A DNA stretch of 64,000 bases from an uncultured bacterium (GCA_963766885.1 CAVYBO010000002.1:365521-429520), one strand, 5' to 3'; positions 1 to 10,959 are shown, counted from the stretch's first letter. The notes: a model not told the origin generated them from the letters alone. Numbers and translations: made by a program.

Positions 1-923
<923 letters not shown>

Positions 924-927
924 AGAT

Positions 928-1860
928 CTATTTTAGCATTTTCAAAATTTCTTTGGCATCAGCAATCATAGACAAAGCTGTCGGTTCTGGACCTGCTCCA
1001 GGACCAGAAACACTATACAAACTTTCACCTTCTTTTATATAAAGCACATTATTTACTCCTTCTGGAAAATCCAGAACAAAATTTTTAATATTAAAAATTC
1101 CTGCATATATAAACCAGTCCTTAATTTGATATTTTAATCCATCTATAAAATCACCATTCTCAACTTTAGCCATTAAAAACAAAAATCTATACTCTTTTGG
1201 ATTTGAAATGGCTTTTTCGATTATTTGATGTGATATCTCTTTTGGATTTTCAAATTTTATCCAAAGATTAGCGGTATTTGCAATAATGATTGCTTTTCTA
1301 TATAAATCAGAAAGTTCGGTATTTATAATCTCAGTAAACGTTTTTGCATCTGGTTCAGAATATTTATTTTCTAAAATATCTTTTATTACAAGTTCTTTTG
1401 TGGCTCCTTCTGATAATCTTGAAAAGATATAATTAAGCGTGCCGTTTACAACTCCTGTGACACTTGAAATATTTTCTTTATTTCTGCTGTTTAGATACTT
1501 AAGCATCCTAGTGCCTCCGCCAACTGTTGCATTATAGCCGATACTTTTAAGATTAGACTGGAGTTTCTCAAAATATTCTGAAAGAGCACCTTTTTCACAT
1601 GTCACAACTGGAATATTTTTCTCTACACAATATCTAATATACTCAAAAGAAATATCAGCTAAAGATGTTGGAACAGCAATAAAAACAATATCAGCGGCAA
1701 TATATTTTTTCCATTCTGAAATGGAATTTACTCTTTTGCCTTCTCTATCCAAAATATCTTTACTGGTGAGTACAAAATCCACAGACCAGCCAATTCTCTT
1801 TATCTGCTTTTGAAGCTCTTTGCCTATTGAACCATTTCCAATAACTATTGTTTTTATCAC
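928..1860 (-). CDS. Homoserine dehydrogenase
   Basis: GNGSIG Rossmann motif, NATVGGG, GVVNGTLNYI, GPGAGPEPTA. Confidence 0.85.
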   Translation of the reverse strand: MIKTIVIGNGSIGKELQKQIKRIGWSVDFVLTSKDILDREGKRVNSISEWKKYIAADIVFIAVPTSLADISFEYIRYCVEKNIPVVTCEKGALSEYFEKLQSNLKSIGYNATVGGGTRMLKYLNSRNKENISSVTGVVNGTLNYIFSRLSEGATKELVIKDILENKYSEPDAKTFTEIINTELSDLYRKAIIIANTANLWIKFENPKEISHQIIEKAISNPKEYRFLFLMAKVENGDFIDGLKYQIKDWFIYAGIFNIKNFVLDFPEGVNNVLYIKEGESLYSVSGPGAGPEPTALSMIADAKEILKMLK

Positions 1861-1899
1861 AAAAAAATTATAACAAAGAGTATTTTAATACCTCAGGCA

Positions 1900-2925
1900 T
1901 TATTCAGCGGCAGGAGTTTCCTTTTTTTCTTCAGGCTGCTTTTTTTGGCTATGAGTATGTCCGTCCACTTCGTAGTTCGTGTTTTGAGCTTCAAAAAAGT
2001 TAACTAGCTCAAATACATCTGTTGCTGTGGACATCCATTTGGCCGGGTTGGTTGCATTGTAATATTTTTGGAGCCCCAATTCTTCAAGTCGTCTATCTGC
2101 CACATATTGAACGTATTGATTAACATAATCGGCATTTAATCCGAGAATCCCATTTGGAAAAAGATCTTTATTATATGCTGTTTCCTTGTCTACGCCTTCA
2201 ATGATTAAGTCTCTAATCTCATTTGCAAATTCTTCTGTCAAAAGCTCGCTATTTTCTTCAAGAATATTGTGAACAAGGTTGATTCCAAACTTTAGGTGAA
2301 GCGATTCATCGCGAAGCACCCAGTTGATCATTGAGCCAAAATTCCGAAGCTGGTTTCGCTGACGGAAAGAAAGCGCCACCATAAATCCTGAATAAAACCA
2401 GGTTCCTTCCATGACAATGTTTACTGCAACTAAGTTTCGGATGAATTCTTTTTTGCCTTCAGTGCTTTCAATATCAAGTTTGGTGCTTGTCATCTTTTTG
2501 AAATGCCTCATTATGTACTCTTCCTTTGCCTGCATTGAAGGAGTTTCAAGATGGATTTTGTAGACAGAGTCCCTGTCAAAAGGAAAAGTCTCCAAAACAT
2601 ACTCGAAAGCCACGCAATGATTGGCTTCTTCCCACATCTGCTTGGCAAGATAAAGATGGCATTCCGGAGATTTCAGATATGGATAAACTCCCAAGGCAAG
2701 CACGCGGTTTACAATAAGCTCTGCGGGATTAAAAAAAGCCATAACAAACTTTACAGCGTGTTTTTCATCTTCAGTCATCTTGGTCCAGTCTTCTAAGTCT
2801 TCTTTTAGAGCAATTTCGTGTGGAAACCAGGTGTTTCGAACAGCCTGGTTATACAAATCATAAGCCCACTGATAGCGGATTGGATGCAAATTTACGTCCT
2901 CTGGTTCGGCTTTTCCTAAAAGCAT
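1900..2925 (-). CDS. nrdB: Ribonucleotide reductase beta subunit, class Ic (R2c)-like
   Basis: Ferritin-like motifs EEANH, EGTWFYSGF, RDESLH; C-terminal NFFE; Glu first ligand and Phe at the radical-Tyr position. Confidence 0.92.
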   Translation of the reverse strand: MLLGKAEPEDVNLHPIRYQWAYDLYNQAVRNTWFPHEIALKEDLEDWTKMTEDEKHAVKFVMAFFNPAELIVNRVLALGVYPYLKSPECHLYLAKQMWEEANHCVAFEYVLETFPFDRDSVYKIHLETPSMQAKEEYIMRHFKKMTSTKLDIESTEGKKEFIRNLVAVNIVMEGTWFYSGFMVALSFRQRNQLRNFGSMINWVLRDESLHLKFGINLVHNILEENSELLTEEFANEIRDLIIEGVDKETAYNKDLFPNGILGLNADYVNQYVQYVADRRLEELGLQKYYNATNPAKWMSTATDVFELVNFFEAQNTNYEVDGHTHSQKKQPEEKKETPAAE

Positions 2926-2963
2926 ATTTTCTAAAACTATTTAATTTGTAATGAATTGTTATT

Positions 2964-5624
2964 CTACTGGCAAGAATCGCATTGGGCAAGTTCTGCGGGA
3001 TCTGTTGGACAAGTCTTTGAATCGGTCATAATAACATTTGGTCTTGAAGGCATTGCGGCCTGCACTGGCACTGCAACTTTTTCTTTCTGTTTCTCTTTTG
3101 GATTTTCTTTCTCTGGTTTTATTTGAGCCTCTAAAGATTCCGAAGAAATTTTAGCCTTAGATTCTTTTTCTGGTTCTATGTCAAGACTCTTTTGAAGCGG
3201 CATATTGAAAGACTGCGGCGCTATATCGCTTTTGAATCTGACCGCTGCAAATCCCACTCGGCCCATTTGCTTTGACTTATTGACAGCAACAGTAGACTGC
3301 TCGGCGGTGTGTCTTGGTTTCATGTGCAGATAATACGTAGACTTGAGTCCTTTCTCCCAAGCTGTTGAATAAATACTCATCGCCTCATCAATATCCCTGC
3401 TTTGAAGGTACATATTTCTGGAAATCGCCTGATCCATCCATTTTTGAGCGCGCGCGGCAACTTCAATGAACGCATAAGGAGAAGTGGTAAAAGAAGTTTT
3501 GTAAATATTTTTTATGTGGTCTGGAATTCCTTCTATGGCCGAAATATCACCTTGATTTTCAATAATCAAATCTCTTGTCTCTTCCCAAATTCCCATGTTC
3601 TTTAAGTCTCGCACAAGATTATGATTGATATCAAGATATTTTCCTGAAATTTTATTTCTAGAAAAAGCTTGGGTAAATCTAGGATCAATTCCCGGAGTTG
3701 TTCCTGCCACAAGTCCTATATTTGCATTCGGCGCAATTGCCATAAGAGTTGCATTTCGGATGCCTCTTTTCACTTTCGCTCGAAGCACATCCCAGTTGAG
3801 CCCTTTATGCTTGCTTTCTCGAGAAACCGTTATTTTTTCATCTCTATCTTTTTCTAATTTGGCGATTGAATCAAAAGGTACCAAGCCTTTGGACCATTCC
3901 GAGCCTTTAAAATTATTATAAGCACCTCGATCTTGCGCCAGGTTTGCGCTCTCATCAATTGCCATGTAGCTTATGAATTCAAAAATCCTGTCTGCAAAGT
4001 CATAAGCGTATTCGCTATCATACGCCAAGCCGAGCCTCTCTATAGAATCAGCAAAGCCCATCACTCCAAGCCCTACCGCTCGATTTTGTTTGTCAGAGCG
4101 GTCCGCTTCGGGAATCGGAGATTTATTGATATCAATCAGGTTATCTAGCTGATGAACTGCCAAACGCACGCTTTCTTCCAGTTTGCCCCAGTTTATCTCT
4201 TTGTCCTTTATATGTGCTGGCAGGTTGATAGAAGTAAGGTTGCAAACCGCTACATTGTCTTTATCTTGTGGAAGGCAGATTTCAGTACAAAGATTAGACA
4301 TGTGAATAGTCCCAGTATTGTTATTTAGAGCCCTTAAATTGATGGTGTCCTTCCATACAATCCAAGGATGGGATGTTGTTTGAAGTGCAACCAGTATTTG
4401 CCTATATTGCTCTTGGGCTGGCACTTTTTTGAAAGTGCGCATTTTGCCCGCATCAGCAAGTTCTGCATACTCTTTGTATCTTTTGCTAAAAGCTGCGCCA
4501 TAAAGTTCGTTTAGGTCAGGAACATCTGCCGGATCAAACATGTACCAGGAATCGCCGCTTTTCACTCTCTTCATAAACTCATCAGAAACATAAGCGGCAG
4601 TATTTGCAGTTCTCATTCTAAGATAATCGTCTCCAGCATTGTGCTTCCAGTCAATGAATTCTGGAAAATCCAAGTGCCAGTTTTCCATATAGAAACAAAG
4701 CGCGCCCTTTTTCTTTCCACCTCTTTGAATTGCGCGAATTGCGGTATCAATAACTTTTGCAAAAGTTGTCGGTCCGGTTGAAACTCCGCCGAAGTTTGAT
4801 TTGAGCGGTGAACCTGATGCGCGAAGTTTTGTGATTGATGCGCCAAGTCCGCCAGAACCTTTTGACAAAAGCATCACATCAGAAACTGATTTGGCGATAT
4901 GCTCCATATTGTCGTGAATCTCCAAAAGAAAACAATTTGAAAGCGCCGGACGCGTTGTGCCTGCGCCAAGATTTGTTGATCCTGCCGCAATATATTCAAG
5001 CTTGGACATTTTGTTGTAAAACTTGATTGCCCACAAAGTCGGATCTTTTTCGTGGTAAGCAAGTCCCATCGCAACTCTCATAAAAAGAAATTGTGGAGTT
5101 TCAATTGTGCCTTGCTTCATATCCCGAATTGAATATCTGTTCATCAATCCATCAAGACCAGAATAAATAAACAGTTCGTCGCGCTCGGGCTTCAGCGCGT
5201 CTGCAATCTTTTCCAGATTATATTTATCGGCCATATCAGGATGAAGCCTTTTGTCCTTTATGCCGTCCTTTATATAAGAAAGAAAAGCCGCGCGGTGCTT
5301 TTGTTTGAAATCATCAAAGTCATCTTTGTCATATTCGCCGATAACCTTTCTATATACTGTTTTTAATAAGAGTCGTGTAGCAACTTTATCGTATTCTATG
5401 TCCTCTTTGATGTTTTGGATTGCGGTATTGATAGTCGCTTTGTCCAATTCGTCAGTAGTAATGCCATCATACAGAGTCAGTTGTGTTTCGGTAGCAATTT
5501 GAGTAACCATTGAGATTGGATCGAGCATCCCCTGGCACGCGCGTTCTATTGATCGGTTGATTTTATCTGCGTTGAAAGGCACTTTTGTGCCGTCGTGCTT
5601 GGTGATTGAGATTCCATTACTCAT
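2964..5624 (-). CDS. nrdA: Ribonucleotide reductase alpha subunit with N-terminal ATP-cone
   Basis: ATP-cone, SNCF, SNLCTEI, VCNL, KSTYY, C-terminal CDSCQ. Confidence 0.95.
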   Translation of the reverse strand: MSNGISITKHDGTKVPFNADKINRSIERACQGMLDPISMVTQIATETQLTLYDGITTDELDKATINTAIQNIKEDIEYDKVATRLLLKTVYRKVIGEYDKDDFDDFKQKHRAAFLSYIKDGIKDKRLHPDMADKYNLEKIADALKPERDELFIYSGLDGLMNRYSIRDMKQGTIETPQFLFMRVAMGLAYHEKDPTLWAIKFYNKMSKLEYIAAGSTNLGAGTTRPALSNCFLLEIHDNMEHIAKSVSDVMLLSKGSGGLGASITKLRASGSPLKSNFGGVSTGPTTFAKVIDTAIRAIQRGGKKKGALCFYMENWHLDFPEFIDWKHNAGDDYLRMRTANTAAYVSDEFMKRVKSGDSWYMFDPADVPDLNELYGAAFSKRYKEYAELADAGKMRTFKKVPAQEQYRQILVALQTTSHPWIVWKDTINLRALNNNTGTIHMSNLCTEICLPQDKDNVAVCNLTSINLPAHIKDKEINWGKLEESVRLAVHQLDNLIDINKSPIPEADRSDKQNRAVGLGVMGFADSIERLGLAYDSEYAYDFADRIFEFISYMAIDESANLAQDRGAYNNFKGSEWSKGLVPFDSIAKLEKDRDEKITVSRESKHKGLNWDVLRAKVKRGIRNATLMAIAPNANIGLVAGTTPGIDPRFTQAFSRNKISGKYLDINHNLVRDLKNMGIWEETRDLIIENQGDISAIEGIPDHIKNIYKTSFTTSPYAFIEVAARAQKWMDQAISRNMYLQSRDIDEAMSIYSTAWEKGLKSTYYLHMKPRHTAEQSTVAVNKSKQMGRVGFAAVRFKSDIAPQSFNMPLQKSLDIEPEKESKAKISSESLEAQIKPEKENPKEKQKEKVAVPVQAAMPSRPNVIMTDSKTCPTDPAELAQCDSCQ

Positions 5625-5875
5625 AGTTTTTATAATATTTATTTTTTAAGCTTTCTAAAATATGAAATTAAATTTACACCAGTAATTTTACACCTTTTTA
5701 AAAAGCAAAACAGGTGGAAAAGTGTTTTCTAAGAGCTTGAAAACAAAATTATCGAAATGTGAATAGCTAGTTTTTTTGACTGCATTTTAAAGCCAAAATT
5801 TAAAGACATTTTAGCTATTTTTCTTTTGATGAGTCATCAGTTTACTGCCGTCTATATTGAGAAAAGCTATTCTTA

Positions 5876-6199
5876 TTATATTGTCGCACCCTCTTCTGTG
5901 AATTCCTTGGGTTTCTTTGCTACAAGAGTAAAGAATTCTGAGTTATTATCCGCACCTTGAAATCCTGACCATGTGCCGATTACTTTTTCATCTGGTTTAA
6001 GATTAATTGCCGCATCCATTCGTGTGTCATCAATTGAACCCGCATATTTAGCCACCCTAAATTCAGTCGTTCCTTCATTCAAAGAATCCTGAATCTTAGA
6101 TCTCATTTTTTCTACGTCCTTAGGATCTGCGTCACCGCAATATTCAGCCACTATATCGTCTACAGTTATCTCTCCTGGATTTTCAAATTGATTTGCCAT
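5876..6199 (-). CDS. Hypothetical protein
   Basis: 107-aa acidic ORF filling an intergenic gap; no motif recognised. Confidence 0.6.
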   Translation of the reverse strand: MANQFENPGEITVDDIVAEYCGDADPKDVEKMRSKIQDSLNEGTTEFRVAKYAGSIDDTRMDAAINLKPDEKVIGTWSGFQGADNNSEFFTLVAKKPKEFTEEGATI

Positions 6200-6258
6200 A
6201 TATTTTTATTACCTTTTTAATACTTTAATAATAAGCTTGGTATTAAATATGTCAAAGG

Positions 6259-6627
6259 TTAGCTTAGTCTCTCTTTGACTCTCTCCACCATTTCTTTGAG
6301 CTTGATATCGGATTTGATTATGTATTCGCTTGCTCCGTATTCGGCCGCTTCAGCGATTTTATCCATGTTGTTTACATTTGTCAGAATAATGACTTTTACG
6401 GTTGACCCCCAAAAATCTTCTCTAAGTTTTTTTAGAGTGGTAGTGCCGTCCATAACCGGCATCAAAAGATCGAGAAGAATAATATCGGGATGTTTTTCCA
6501 GAGCAAGCTTAAGAGCTTGTTCTCCGTCCGCTGCTTCCATGACCTCAAATCCTTCTTCCTGAAACTTGATTGCGAGCGGCTTTCGGATTGTGAACTCGTC
6601 TTCGACAATAAGAATAGTTTTATTCAT
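6259..6627 (-). CDS. Single-domain response regulator (receiver)
   Basis: ILIVEDE, DIILLDLLMPVMDG, YIIK. Confidence 0.92.
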   Translation of the reverse strand: MNKTILIVEDEFTIRKPLAIKFQEEGFEVMEAADGEQALKLALEKHPDIILLDLLMPVMDGTTTLKKLREDFWGSTVKVIILTNVNNMDKIAEAAEYGASEYIIKSDIKLKEMVERVKERLS

Positions 6628-6636
6628 GATAATAGA

Positions 6637-7581
6637 TTAACTTAATAAATTACCCTCCTTTTTAACCGAATTTCTTATTGGAATTATAGCATAAAAGGTA
6701 GTGCCCACGTTTTCAGTAGATTCAAAGCGGATTTCACCGCCAATGGCCTGCAAAACAGAATGTGTAAGATAAAGCCCCAGACCGTTTCCATCCGATGACA
6801 GGTTGAGGGCGTTTTTGGCGCGATACATTTTGCTGAAAATTTTTGACATTTCCTCTTTTGGAATTCCGATTCCCGTATCGCTTACGGCAATGCATATTGT
6901 TTTGCTGTCTAGGACAGAAAATGAAACCGTAACCTTGCCTTTGCGGTTGGTATATTTCAGGGCATTTGAAATAAGGTTCTGGACAACTATTCTAAGCAAT
7001 TCCGGATCCACAAGCGCAATAGGCAGTTTTTCCTTTTCCTGAAATGATATGGCAATTTCCTTTTCCACCGCTTGCGGGCGAAAGTCTTCAGCAATTTTTT
7101 TACAAAGGACCTCTATATCAGTTTCCTTGGGTTTGATAGCCAGCTTGCCAAGCTCAACCCGCGAGACATTGAGCAATGAATTGACTAGCTTGATCATTCT
7201 TTCATTGGCTTCATAAATGGACTGCGCATATTGATCCCTTGATTCTGAATAAAGATTTTTCGAATCCAAGAGAAGCTCTGTATACCATTTGACCGCAGTT
7301 GCCGGAGTCCGCAATTGGTGAGAAGCAATTGAGACGAATTCTGTTTGCGATTTCTCAATCTCTTCCATATCTATTTTGTTTTGGCGGATTCTTTTGGAAA
7401 TTAAATAAATTATTATCAAAAAAAGAATTATTACGACACTTGCTAGTTGTACTATTATGTCCAAAGGATCAGCGCCCTTGTACATAACCATCACAATCGA
7501 AGCGTAAGCAGAAACTGCAGCAAGTAAAATAGCAACTGCCGCAAGTTTTCTAATATATGAAAAAATCGACGAAGAGTTCAT
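6637..7581 (-). CDS. Membrane sensor histidine kinase
   Basis: Two TM helices, H-box SHQLRTP, NLISNALKY, DTGIGIP, GNGLGL. Confidence 0.93.
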   Translation of the reverse strand: MNSSSIFSYIRKLAAVAILLAAVSAYASIVMVMYKGADPLDIIVQLASVVIILFLIIIYLISKRIRQNKIDMEEIEKSQTEFVSIASHQLRTPATAVKWYTELLLDSKNLYSESRDQYAQSIYEANERMIKLVNSLLNVSRVELGKLAIKPKETDIEVLCKKIAEDFRPQAVEKEIAISFQEKEKLPIALVDPELLRIVVQNLISNALKYTNRKGKVTVSFSVLDSKTICIAVSDTGIGIPKEEMSKIFSKMYRAKNALNLSSDGNGLGLYLTHSVLQAIGGEIRFESTENVGTTFYAIIPIRNSVKKEGNLLS

Positions 7582-7620
7582 GAAATAATTGTATCATTTA
7601 GATACCTCAAGAATAAATAA

Positions 7621-7695
7621 TGCGCGCCCTCGTGGACGCTGTTGGAACCAGAATAAGAGAACACAACGGGTATATTTTCATTGCAGACCTGAAAG
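7621..7695 (+). repeat. Cassette-boundary repeat A, copy 1 (encodes 31-aa peptide 7620-7715)
   Basis: TGCGCGCCCTCGTGGACGCTGTTGGAACCAGAATAAGAGAACA..., near-identical to 8778 and 9934. Confidence 0.95.
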
Positions 7696-7711
7696 AAAAA
7701 ATAATTCTAAA

Positions 7712-8080
7712 CTAAAAAATGTCGGTCACTCGAGACATTGCGGTTTGGTCCATCTCCGCATCATTATAATTATCAATGTGGGTCCCGATGCACAGCAACA
7801 CAATAACGGTTCCTTTTACAGCAAACCACATTCTGGGAAACTGGTTTGGACGTAATCCAGAATTAGGTACCACAAGCTCAATCTTCCACATTGTCCAAAT
7901 AGCATTCTGTGTTATACGATGTAATTTTGCAGGAGCAATAACTTGTTTAGGGTTTGTGGGATTAAATTGCACTTCGCACAATCGTTGAAATATAGATATA
8001 CCATCATCAATTTGTGAAAACCGCCGCTTAAATGCGGCGATTTCTTTTTGAATACCGTCGTGATAGATAAACTCGATCAT
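7712..8080 (-). CDS. Putative RelE/ParE-like toxin
   Basis: 122 aa, overlaps the stop of the upstream Panacea antitoxin; C-terminal RMWFAV..IVLLCIGTH resembles the RelE fold. Confidence 0.55.
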   Translation of the reverse strand: MIEFIYHDGIQKEIAAFKRRFSQIDDGISIFQRLCEVQFNPTNPKQVIAPAKLHRITQNAIWTMWKIELVVPNSGLRPNQFPRMWFAVKGTVIVLLCIGTHIDNYNDAEMDQTAMSRVTDIF

Positions 8081-8577
8081 AAATCACTAAAATCAGTACC
8101 ACGATAGAAAGCAAGTTCATACGGGATTTCTTCTCTTAACTCTGTTCCAATGTAAGGAGCTTCGGCGTGAGATAATTCCTCTAACTGTTTACCGTTGAGA
8201 TGACCATACCTCAAAACAATTCTGTCGAGCATTTTTTTTTCTTCTTCATCAAGAGATGATGGTCCCGCGTCTTCAACACAACGATAAACTTCCGTAGGAT
8301 TATATCCTTGGCTACCATCAACCCTTTCAACAGTAATGGTTTTTTTCTTTGCCATATCAGCAGTTACTTCATCAAGCGCAATTGGGAACGGCCCCATTGG
8401 AAGCGCGCGATATACATCTCCAGTTATTGATTTCTGGTTTTTTTCATAAAAATCAAAATCAGCAAAATATAACAATTTCGCTAATTTTTTCTTGCCTCGC
8501 ACTTCACCACCTAATTTTTTACACAAATAAGCAATGGTACTCTGATACTTTTTTTGATTTGAAGTAGATATCACCAT
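8077..8577 (-). CDS. Panacea/SocA (DUF4065) antitoxin
   Basis: KKLAKLLYFADF, ITGDVYRALPMGP, LEELSHAEAP. Confidence 0.85.
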   Translation of the reverse strand: MVISTSNQKKYQSTIAYLCKKLGGEVRGKKKLAKLLYFADFDFYEKNQKSITGDVYRALPMGPFPIALDEVTADMAKKKTITVERVDGSQGYNPTEVYRCVEDAGPSSLDEEEKKMLDRIVLRYGHLNGKQLEELSHAEAPYIGTELREEIPYELAFYRGTDFSDL

Positions 8578-8668
8578 ATATATAATTATTATAACAGATT
8601 GGGGAGCACATCAATAAAGACGCTATCCCCACCCTTATTATTACGATAAAACAAGGATATTTGATGCT

Positions 8669-8710
8669 AAAAACGAAAAACACCCATATAGGATGTCTTT
8701 CACGTTTAGT
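8669..8710 (-). ncRNA. Putative small RNA B, copy 1
   Basis: ACTAAACGTG plus hairpin plus U-tract, preceded by TTGACA-18-TAAAAT (8746-8717). Confidence 0.55.
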
Positions 8711-8777
8711 ATACATATTTTATAGAGAAAACTGGCTATATGTCAATTTGAAAGGTACCCCTTTCGGGGCTTTTTCT

Positions 8778-8852
8778 TGCGCGCCCTCGTGGACGCTGTT
8801 GGAACCAGAATAAGAGAACATAACGGTTATATTTTCATTGCAGATTTGAAGG
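8778..8852 (+). repeat. Cassette-boundary repeat A, copy 2 (peptide 8777-8887)
   Basis: Direct repeat of 7621 and 9934. Confidence 0.95.
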
Positions 8853-8885
8853 AAAAGATAAATGAAAATATAAATACCAGATTTT

Positions 8886-8927
8886 AAAGACGAAAGGCAC
8901 CCATTTAGGATGCCTCTCACGTTTAGT
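8886..8927 (-). ncRNA. Putative small RNA B, copy 2
   Basis: ACTAAACGTG-AGAGGCATCC-TAAAT-GGGTGCCTTT-CGTCTTT with TATAAT 7 nt upstream. Confidence 0.55.
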
Positions 8928-8967
8928 ACAGAATATTATATATGAAACTTTTGATAACTAAAGTGGA

Positions 8968-9816
8968 TTAAGAACTAACACCACCTCCAGTGATTGTGAA
9001 ATTAACCGAATTGCTGGTTGTGCCGTTGCTTGTTACAGAAACCTGATAGACACCAGAAGCAGAATTACCAACAAAAATATTTGAGAGAGTGAAGATAAGT
9101 TGGTTGCTATCAACTATTGGTTGACCAACGAGCCATCCTACTACTTTGCCATTTTGACTAAAGTTCACGGTACTGTTTGTGCTAAAGCCACTACCATAAA
9201 TTGTTACCTTTGTACCAGAAGTCCCAGAAGTTGTTGACAGGGAGGATATAGATGGTTGAGTTGAAACTGAATTACCTACAACTTTTAATGAATAAGAAGC
9301 ACTCGTACCTAAACTGTTTGTAATATAGAGATTATAATTTCCAGCAAGTAGGGCTGGGCTATCTGGTACAGCAAGATTTAAAGATGTTCCATTTGCACTT
9401 GCCCACTCTAGATAAGATGTATTTCCCGAGCTAGAAACAAGATACACGTTAACTATATTGCTTAAGTTTTGTCCATACACATTATCAGTAGATGTTGCAC
9501 CGAATGTATTTGATAGGGATGTAATAACTGGTATAGAAGAGGACGTAGTTTGTGTTGAGCCAGAACCCAATACCCCATCTGCATTACAATGAGGAGGATT
9601 GGTTGCACCGTTATAACAAGCCGCTGGAGTTGAACCCTGCTGTGCAAGTAAAGTTTGCAACTCTGCTTCAAGCTGTTGGAGAAGTTGTGTAATGAGCTGA
9701 ATAATTTGCTGTTTTGTAGAAGCCGCAGTAGAAGCACTTACACTTTGTGCAAACACAGGAGAGAAAACTGCTAAAGACAGAAGTCCGACACCCAAGAAAG
9801 AAATATATTTTTTCAT
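8968..9816 (-). CDS. Secreted Ser/Thr-rich surface protein with IPT/TIG-like domains
   Basis: Signal peptide MKKYISFLGVGLLSLAVFSPVFA, coiled-coil, PSISSLS..GTKVTIYGSGF; start set by homology to 13306-14865. Confidence 0.8.
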   Translation of the reverse strand: MKKYISFLGVGLLSLAVFSPVFAQSVSASTAASTKQQIIQLITQLLQQLEAELQTLLAQQGSTPAACYNGATNPPHCNADGVLGSGSTQTTSSSIPVITSLSNTFGATSTDNVYGQNLSNIVNVYLVSSSGNTSYLEWASANGTSLNLAVPDSPALLAGNYNLYITNSLGTSASYSLKVVGNSVSTQPSISSLSTTSGTSGTKVTIYGSGFSTNSTVNFSQNGKVVGWLVGQPIVDSNQLIFTLSNIFVGNSASGVYQVSVTSNGTTSNSVNFTITGGGVSS

Positions 9817-9933
9817 ATTTGATAATAATTTAGTAATGTAGTAATTATACACTACTGCCCTACAAAACATATCTCGGTTCAAGTCCCTAAATGGTGTGAA
9901 CTTTTTATCCTTATTTTACTTAACAAAAACCGA

Positions 9934-10008
9934 TGCGCGCCCTCGTGGACGCTGTTGGAACCAGAATAAGAGAACATAACGGTTATATTTTCATTGCAGA
10001 TTTGAAGA
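9934..10008 (+). repeat. Cassette-boundary repeat A, copy 3 (peptide 9933-10034)
   Basis: Direct repeat of 7621 and 8778. Confidence 0.95.
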
Positions 10009-10037
10009 ATAAGTGTGAAGCGATTACAATGTAGTAT

Positions 10038-10664
10038 ATGAAAACTTTTGCTTTTATTGATGCATCAAACTTATTTTATGGAGGAGAGAAAAGTCTCGGC
10101 TGGAAAATTGATTACAAGAAACTTTTGGAATACTTGAAAGAAAAATATAGTGCAGAGAAAGTTTTTTACTTCGGTGGCGTTGAGATACACGACTTTCCAT
10201 ACGACTACCAGACAGAAGATACGGTGCCGATAGAAAAGCTGGACAAGCATCTTGCAGATTTGCTGAAAAACAAAGGAGAAGAACTTGATGAAGCAACTAT
10301 CTTGCTCATTGGCAGACATCTGAAGAGGGTGCAGTTTTACAGAAAGCTCCAAGAGTTCGGTTATACCCTATTTCTTAAACCAGTAAAGCTATACGACCAA
10401 GATGATGGAACCACAAAAAGAAAAGCTAACTGCGATGTTGATATGGCTTTCCACTTGATGAAAGAAAAACATAATTTTACCAGAGCCGTTGTTCTATCGG
10501 GAGATGGAGACTTTCTGCCAGTGCTGAAACACCTCAAGGAAGTTGGCAAAGATGTCTTGATATTAGGCAGAGGTCCAAGAACAGCAAAAGAAATAAAACA
10601 ATTTGCAGGAGATAAGTTTTTAGACTTCACTCGTCTTCAGCACAAGCTATTTTTTAATAAATAA
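10038..10664 (+). CDS. NYN domain (LabA/DUF88, PIN-like) nuclease
   Basis: FIDASNL, KANCDVDMA, LSGDGDFLPV. Confidence 0.92.
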   Translation: MKTFAFIDASNLFYGGEKSLGWKIDYKKLLEYLKEKYSAEKVFYFGGVEIHDFPYDYQTEDTVPIEKLDKHLADLLKNKGEELDEATILLIGRHLKRVQFYRKLQEFGYTLFLKPVKLYDQDDGTTKRKANCDVDMAFHLMKEKHNFTRAVVLSGDGDFLPVLKHLKEVGKDVLILGRGPRTAKEIKQFAGDKFLDFTRLQHKLFFNK

Positions 10665-10704
10665 AACAGACGGCACCTGCGAAAGATGCCAGTCCACGTT
10701 TAGT
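10663..10704 (-). ncRNA. Putative small RNA B, copy 3 (convergent with NYN gene)
   Basis: ACTAAACGTG-GACTGGCATCT-TTCGC-AGGTGCCGTC-TGTTTT; TTTACA-16-TATACT upstream. Confidence 0.55.
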
Positions 10705-10743
10705 GCATTTAGTATATACGATATTTGGCGTATGTAAAGTGCA

Positions 10744-10959
10744 TTAAAACTCCTGGACCATAGGTATATCGCTTACAAAATTCTCAACCTTTTTGGTTAC
10801 CGTTTTTGTATTACCATGCTTTAAAAGCCCAATGTAATATTGCACCGTCTCGGGCTTCCCTGCTTTGTTTTTGATATTTCTAAACATTCTTTTTTTGGTG
10901 ACTGTTCTAATAATCCTGTTGTCCGGAAAATGCACCCACCCCAGAAAATCAATACCACT
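10744..10959 (-). pseudogene. C-terminal remnant of a DGR/group II-like reverse transcriptase
   Basis: SGIDFLGWVHFPDNRIIRTVTKKRM...YYIGLLKHGNT (RT domain 7 plus thumb); no YxDD upstream. Confidence 0.7.

Noticed and set aside
5625-5875. NrdR boxes upstream of nrdA
   Set aside because: No convincing match to the ACAC(A/T)ATAT(A/T)GTG-type palindrome by eye
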